This document shows positions 59,850 through 64,000 of a stretch of 64,000 nucleotides of DNA, piece after piece. Made by a program: the position numbers and the translations under genes. How positions within the stretch are numbered: position 1 is the first letter of the stretch; each line of letters begins with the position of its first letter. Source of the stretch: Mobula hypostoma (Eukaryota); NCBI RefSeq assembly GCF_963921235.1, contig NC_086118.1, positions 27,158,001 to 27,222,000 of the forward strand, read 5' to 3'. Below the pieces are notes generated by a model. That model made no database searches, was not told the DNA's origin, and saw only the letters and a list, made by a program, of their open reading frames with translations.

Positions 59850-60500
59850 AACAACAGGAATTCTGCAGATGCTGGAAATTCAAGCAACACACATCAAAGT
59901 TGCTGGTGAACGCAGCAGGCCAGGCAGCATCTCTAGGAAGAGGTACAGTCGATGTTTCAGGCTGAGACCCTTCGTCAGGACTAACTGAAGGAAGAGTTAG
60001 TAAGAGATTTGAAAGTGGGAGGGGGAGGGGGAGATCCAATATGATAGGAGAAGACAAGAGGGGGAGGGATGGAGCCAAGAGCTGGACAGGTGATTGGCAA
60101 AGGGGATATGAGAGGATCATGGGACAGGAGGTCCGGGGAGAAAGACAAGGGGGGGGGAATCCAGAGGATGGGCAAGGGGTATAGTCAGAGGGACAGAGGG
60201 AGAAAAAGGAGAGAGAGAGAAAGAATGTGTGTATATAAATAAATAACGGATGGGGTACGAGGGGGTGGTGGGGCATTAGCGGAAATTAGAGAAGTCAATG
60301 TTCATATCATCAGGTTGGAGGCTACCCAGACGGAGTATAAGGTGTTGTTTCTCCAACCTGAGTGTGGCTTCATCTTTACAGTAGAGGAGGCCGTGGATAG
60401 ACATGTCAGACTGGGAGTGGGATGTGGAATTAAAATGTGTGGCCACTGGGAGATCGATAGGCATGTTAGAATGGGAATGGGATGTGGAATTAAAATGTGT
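59850..60500 (-). mobile_element. Young PLE 3' insertion inside the CR1 RT region
   Basis: Reverse complement of the 48760-49372 type. It splits the CR1 PHL.YC|QFWSP motif, with TGTT on both sides. A ~45-bp segment is repeated at its 5' end (~60396 and ~60456). Confidence 0.93.
59947..59982 (-). ncRNA. Hammerhead ribozyme motif with stem III mutation
   Basis: AGTC-CTGACGA-AGGGTCTCAGCCT-GAAA-CATC-GACT; GUC has become AUC (change at 59953), breaking the stem III C-G pair. Confidence 0.68.
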
Positions 60501-61769
60501 TGTTGCAGTTTTGGTCCCCTAATCTGAGGAAAGACATTCTTGCCATAGAGAGAGTACAAAGAAGGTTCACCAGATTGATTCCTGGGATGGCAGGACTTTC
60601 ATATGATGAAAGACTGGATCGACTAGGCTTATACTCATTGGAATTTAGAAGATTGAGGGGGGAATCTTATTGAAACGTACAAAATCCTAAAGGGATTGGA
60701 CAGGCTAGATGCAGGAAAATTGTTCCCGATGTTGGGGAAGCCCAGAACGAGGGGTCACAGTCCGAGGATAAAGGGGAAGCCTTTTAGGACCAAGATTAGA
60801 AAAAACTTCTTCACACAGAGAGTGGTGAATCTGTGGAATTCTCTGCCAAAGGAAACAGTTGAGGCCAGTTCATTGGCTATATTTAAGAAGGATTTAGATA
60901 TGGCCCTTGTGGCTAAAGGGATCAGGGGTATGGAGGGAAGGTAGGTACAGGGTTCTGAGTTGGATGATCAGCCATGATCATACTGAATGGCGGTTCAGGC
61001 TCGAAGGGCTGAATGGACTACTCTTGCACCTATTTTCTATGTTTCTATGTTGTACTGAGATGCTCTGTATAAGTAATGCAGTATATTCTGAAAGTCTGAA
61101 ATTTATGTCAAGAATTGAAGGAAGATCAAGAAATGCTTTACTGCAGTATCTCTGGGTACTGTTCTAACTGGACAGTGTAACAGAATTTCATTGTTCATGC
61201 CATTATAGAGTAACATGGCACAGAAACAGGCCCTTCAGCCTAACTCATCCATACCAACAAAGATGCCCATTGAAGTTAGTTCCATTTGACTGTATTTGGC
61301 CCTTCTCGCTCTAAACCATCCCTACCCTGTTCAGGTTCATATTGTTAACTAAATGAGACAAGGTTCACTGATTTCCTACGGGGAAGAGGCTTTTTCATTC
61401 TTATCGAGCTGCCCTATATGTGATTTCATATCCACATCAAGAAATTGATGATTAATTTAACCCTAAAATGGACACCAAGTCTCACAGTTTGGGATGAACG
61501 TTTACACTGTTCTTGTCAGTGACATCCATATCGGGTGAAAGAATGAAAAAGAGAAGTAAGAACACATTCTTTTTTTTTCTCATCATAAAGAAGCAGTGAC
61601 CAGTCACATTTAAATAATCTATTCAGGTATTACGCATGAATATCAGTTTCTTACTGGTTGCCTGATTCACTGTCTCTGGGCTTTTTTACCCAATACAAAC
61701 TATTATACAGATAGCAGGGCTTCAATACAATACCAATTCAATTGATATTCATTACCAATCCCAACCTTT

Positions 61770-63858
61770 CCATCGAAACCACAGACAAAGTGGGTGCTAT
61801 TGTAGTGCCAATGCTAATTTTACCATCAATCCAGCAGACCGGAGTGCAGTTGCATAGTGGTGGACTGAACTCTATCTTGTTGAGGCCAGGCGGCAACTCT
61901 CAGACACTTCCTCTTACCTACACCTCAAAAAGAACCCCACTCCGGACTATCAGAATACTGTCTCCGACACCCTCACTAACCTCATTAGCTCTGGAGAACT
62001 CCCATGCACTACCACCAAACTCCTGGTTCCCTTATCCCGCACTTCGCTCTTCTACCTCTTACCCAAGATCCATAAACCGGACTGTCGGTGTAGGCCTATT
62101 GACTCTGCCTGCTCATGCCCCACTGAACTCATGTCCTCATACCTCGACTCCATTTTGTCCCCCTTGGTTCAGTCCCTTCCCACCTACATCTGCAAAACTT
62201 CTCATGCTCTCGACCTCCTCACTAACTTTCAATAACCTGGCTCTGACTGTCTCATTTTCATCATGGAAGTCCAACCCCTATACATTCCTATCCACCATCA
62301 AGAAGGTCTTAAAACTCTCCATTTCTTTCCCAATAAAAGAACCAATTAGTTCCCCTCCACCATCTCCCTCATCTGTCTGGCAGAGTTAGTCCCACCCTCA
62401 ACAATTTCTACTTTGGCTCCTCCAACTTCCTCCAGAATCCAGGGTACCCATGAACAATCACATGGGCCCCAGCTATGCCTGCCTTTTCATTGACTACTTA
62501 GAACAGTCCATGTTCTAAGCCTTCCCCAGCTCTTCTTCTGCAATATTAAAAACTGCATTGGTACTGCTTCATGCACTTATGCTGAGTGTCAATTTCATCA
62601 ACGTTGCCTTCAACTTCCACCCTGCCCTTAAATTCATTTGGTCCATTTCTGACACCTTCCTCTCCTTTCTTGATCTCACTGTCTTCATCAATGGGGACAA
62701 ACTATCAAACAACATCATTTATAAACCTGTCGATTTCCATGGTTATCTTGACTATACCTCCTCCCACTCTGTCTCTGGTAAAAACGCTCTTCCCTTCCTT
62801 CAGTTCCTTCGATTCAGCTGCATCTGTTCCCAGGATGAGGCTTTCCTTTCAAATACAACAGAGATGTCCTCCTTCTTCAAAGAACATGATTTCCCTTCCT
62901 CCAGCCATTGATGCTGCCCTCATCTGTGTGTCCTCCATTTCGAGATATCCACACTCAGTCTATCCTCCTGCTGTCTTGATAGTGAAAGTTCCTCTTGGCC
63001 TTAACCCTACGGCTCTCCGCACCTTACACATCTTTGCAACATACATAATCTCCAAACGGATCCTACCACTAAACACACTTTTACCAAACTCCCACTTCCG
63101 GCTTTCTGCAGGGATCACTCCCTCCATGATTCTCTTGTCTACTTGTCCCTCCTGGTATTTACCCATGTCAGTGGCCAAATTGCTACACCTCACCACCATT
63201 CAGAGCCCCAACCAGTTCTTCCAGGTGAGGCAACATTTCACCTGTGAATCTGTTAGGGTTATCTATCATCTCTGGTGCTCCTGATGCGGCCTCCTCTATA
63301 TTGGTGAGACCCATCATAAATCAGGAGACCACTTCGTCGAGCATCTCCGCTCCATCCGCTGCGCTTCCCAATGGCCCAATCTTTTAATTCCTACTCCCAA
63401 TCCCATTCCATTATGATGGTCCATGGCATCCTCTTGTGCCACGATGAGGCCACCCTCAGGCTGGAGGGGCAACACCTTATATTCCATCTGTGTAGCCGCC
63501 AACCTGATAGCATTTTCCTCTTTCTCGCAAAAGAAATCCCCTCCCGCTTTTCTATTCCCCTATTCTGGCCTCTTACCTCTTCTCACCTGCCTATCACCAC
63601 CACATTGCCCCCTTCTCCATTTCCTATGGTTCACTCTCCAGCCCTTTACCCTTCCCATCCATCTAATTTCACCAAATCACCTTCCAGCTATCCTCCTTCC
63701 CCTCCCCCCACCTTTGTAATATGGCGTCGTCCCCCTTGCTCTCCTATGCTGAAGAATGTTCTCAGCCCTAAACGTTGAAACGCTGGCTCTTTGTTCATTT
63801 CCATGGGTGCCTCCTGACCTCCATGGAAGGTTCCTCCAGCCTTTTGTGTCTGTGTTGC
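61770..63858 (+). mobile_element. Decayed PLE (RT + GIY-YIG + pLTR)
   Basis: PNLSI..TDKVGAIVV, LYLLPKIHKP, MGPSYACLF, FHPALKFIWSISD, YLDYTSSH, LLYIGET and LRLEGQHLIFHL; pLTR end TTCCTCCAGCCTTTTGTGTCTGTGTTGCT. Confidence 0.92.
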
Positions 63859-64000
63859 TTAGTCAGTATATTTCCTGCTGCTGAATTCTAAGTACTAATT
63901 AGCTTAACCATTGGGCTAAATGATGCTGTCTTTTCTAAACAAAATCCTATCAAGCACCATTTTTGCTTCACATTCTTAAGGTACAACTGGTATAACTCTG

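Larger units (their letters stand above)
57191..61051 (+). mobile_element. CR1 LINE: ORF1 C-terminus + complete but disrupted ORF2 + 3' UTR, interrupted by a PLE
   Basis: ORF1 end HLNPRGTNILAGRFARA..LN*. APE motifs NARSIRNK, GITETWL, VYRPP, DFN and SDH. RT motifs YLDFQKAFDKVPH, GVPQGSVLGP and LADD. Tail (TTTCTATG)n. Confidence 0.96.

Noticed and set aside
1..64000. CRISPR array, rRNA or prokaryotic operon
   Set aside because: No regularly spaced repeat-spacer array or gene-dense organisation; the window is eukaryotic repeat-rich DNA.

Overview
Repeat-dense vertebrate DNA that is intergenic or deep-intronic. The repeat content (V-SINEs, a Deu-type SINE, CR1, Rex1/Babar and abundant Penelope-like elements) suggests a cartilaginous fish, probably a ray; this is inference. 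I recognise no host protein-coding gene, and only two weak exon candidates are visible. Every long ORF belongs to a decayed transposon or is its antisense shadow. Retroelements present: Penelope-like elements (PLE; RT plus GIY-YIG), CR1, Rex1/Babar and RTE LINE remnants, two solo LTRs and several SINEs. DNA transposons present: Tc1-like, hAT/Charlie, a hAT-like element with a 6-bp target-site duplication (TSD), a Chapaev3-like element and a Harbinger relic. The most interesting signal is RNA structure. The PLE terminal repeats carry minimal type I hammerhead ribozyme motifs (AGUC-CUGACGA-stemII-GAAA-CGUC-GACU): three copies have an intact core and five are damaged, mostly by CpG-type changes. 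A young PLE family shows ~12-bp TSDs, inverted-pair insertions and two classes of 3' end. Hammerheads in PLEs are a known phenomenon; whether this family has been described cannot be judged from the sequence. All family assignments come from motifs recognised by eye, not database searches. Boundaries without a stated TSD or TIR are approximate.
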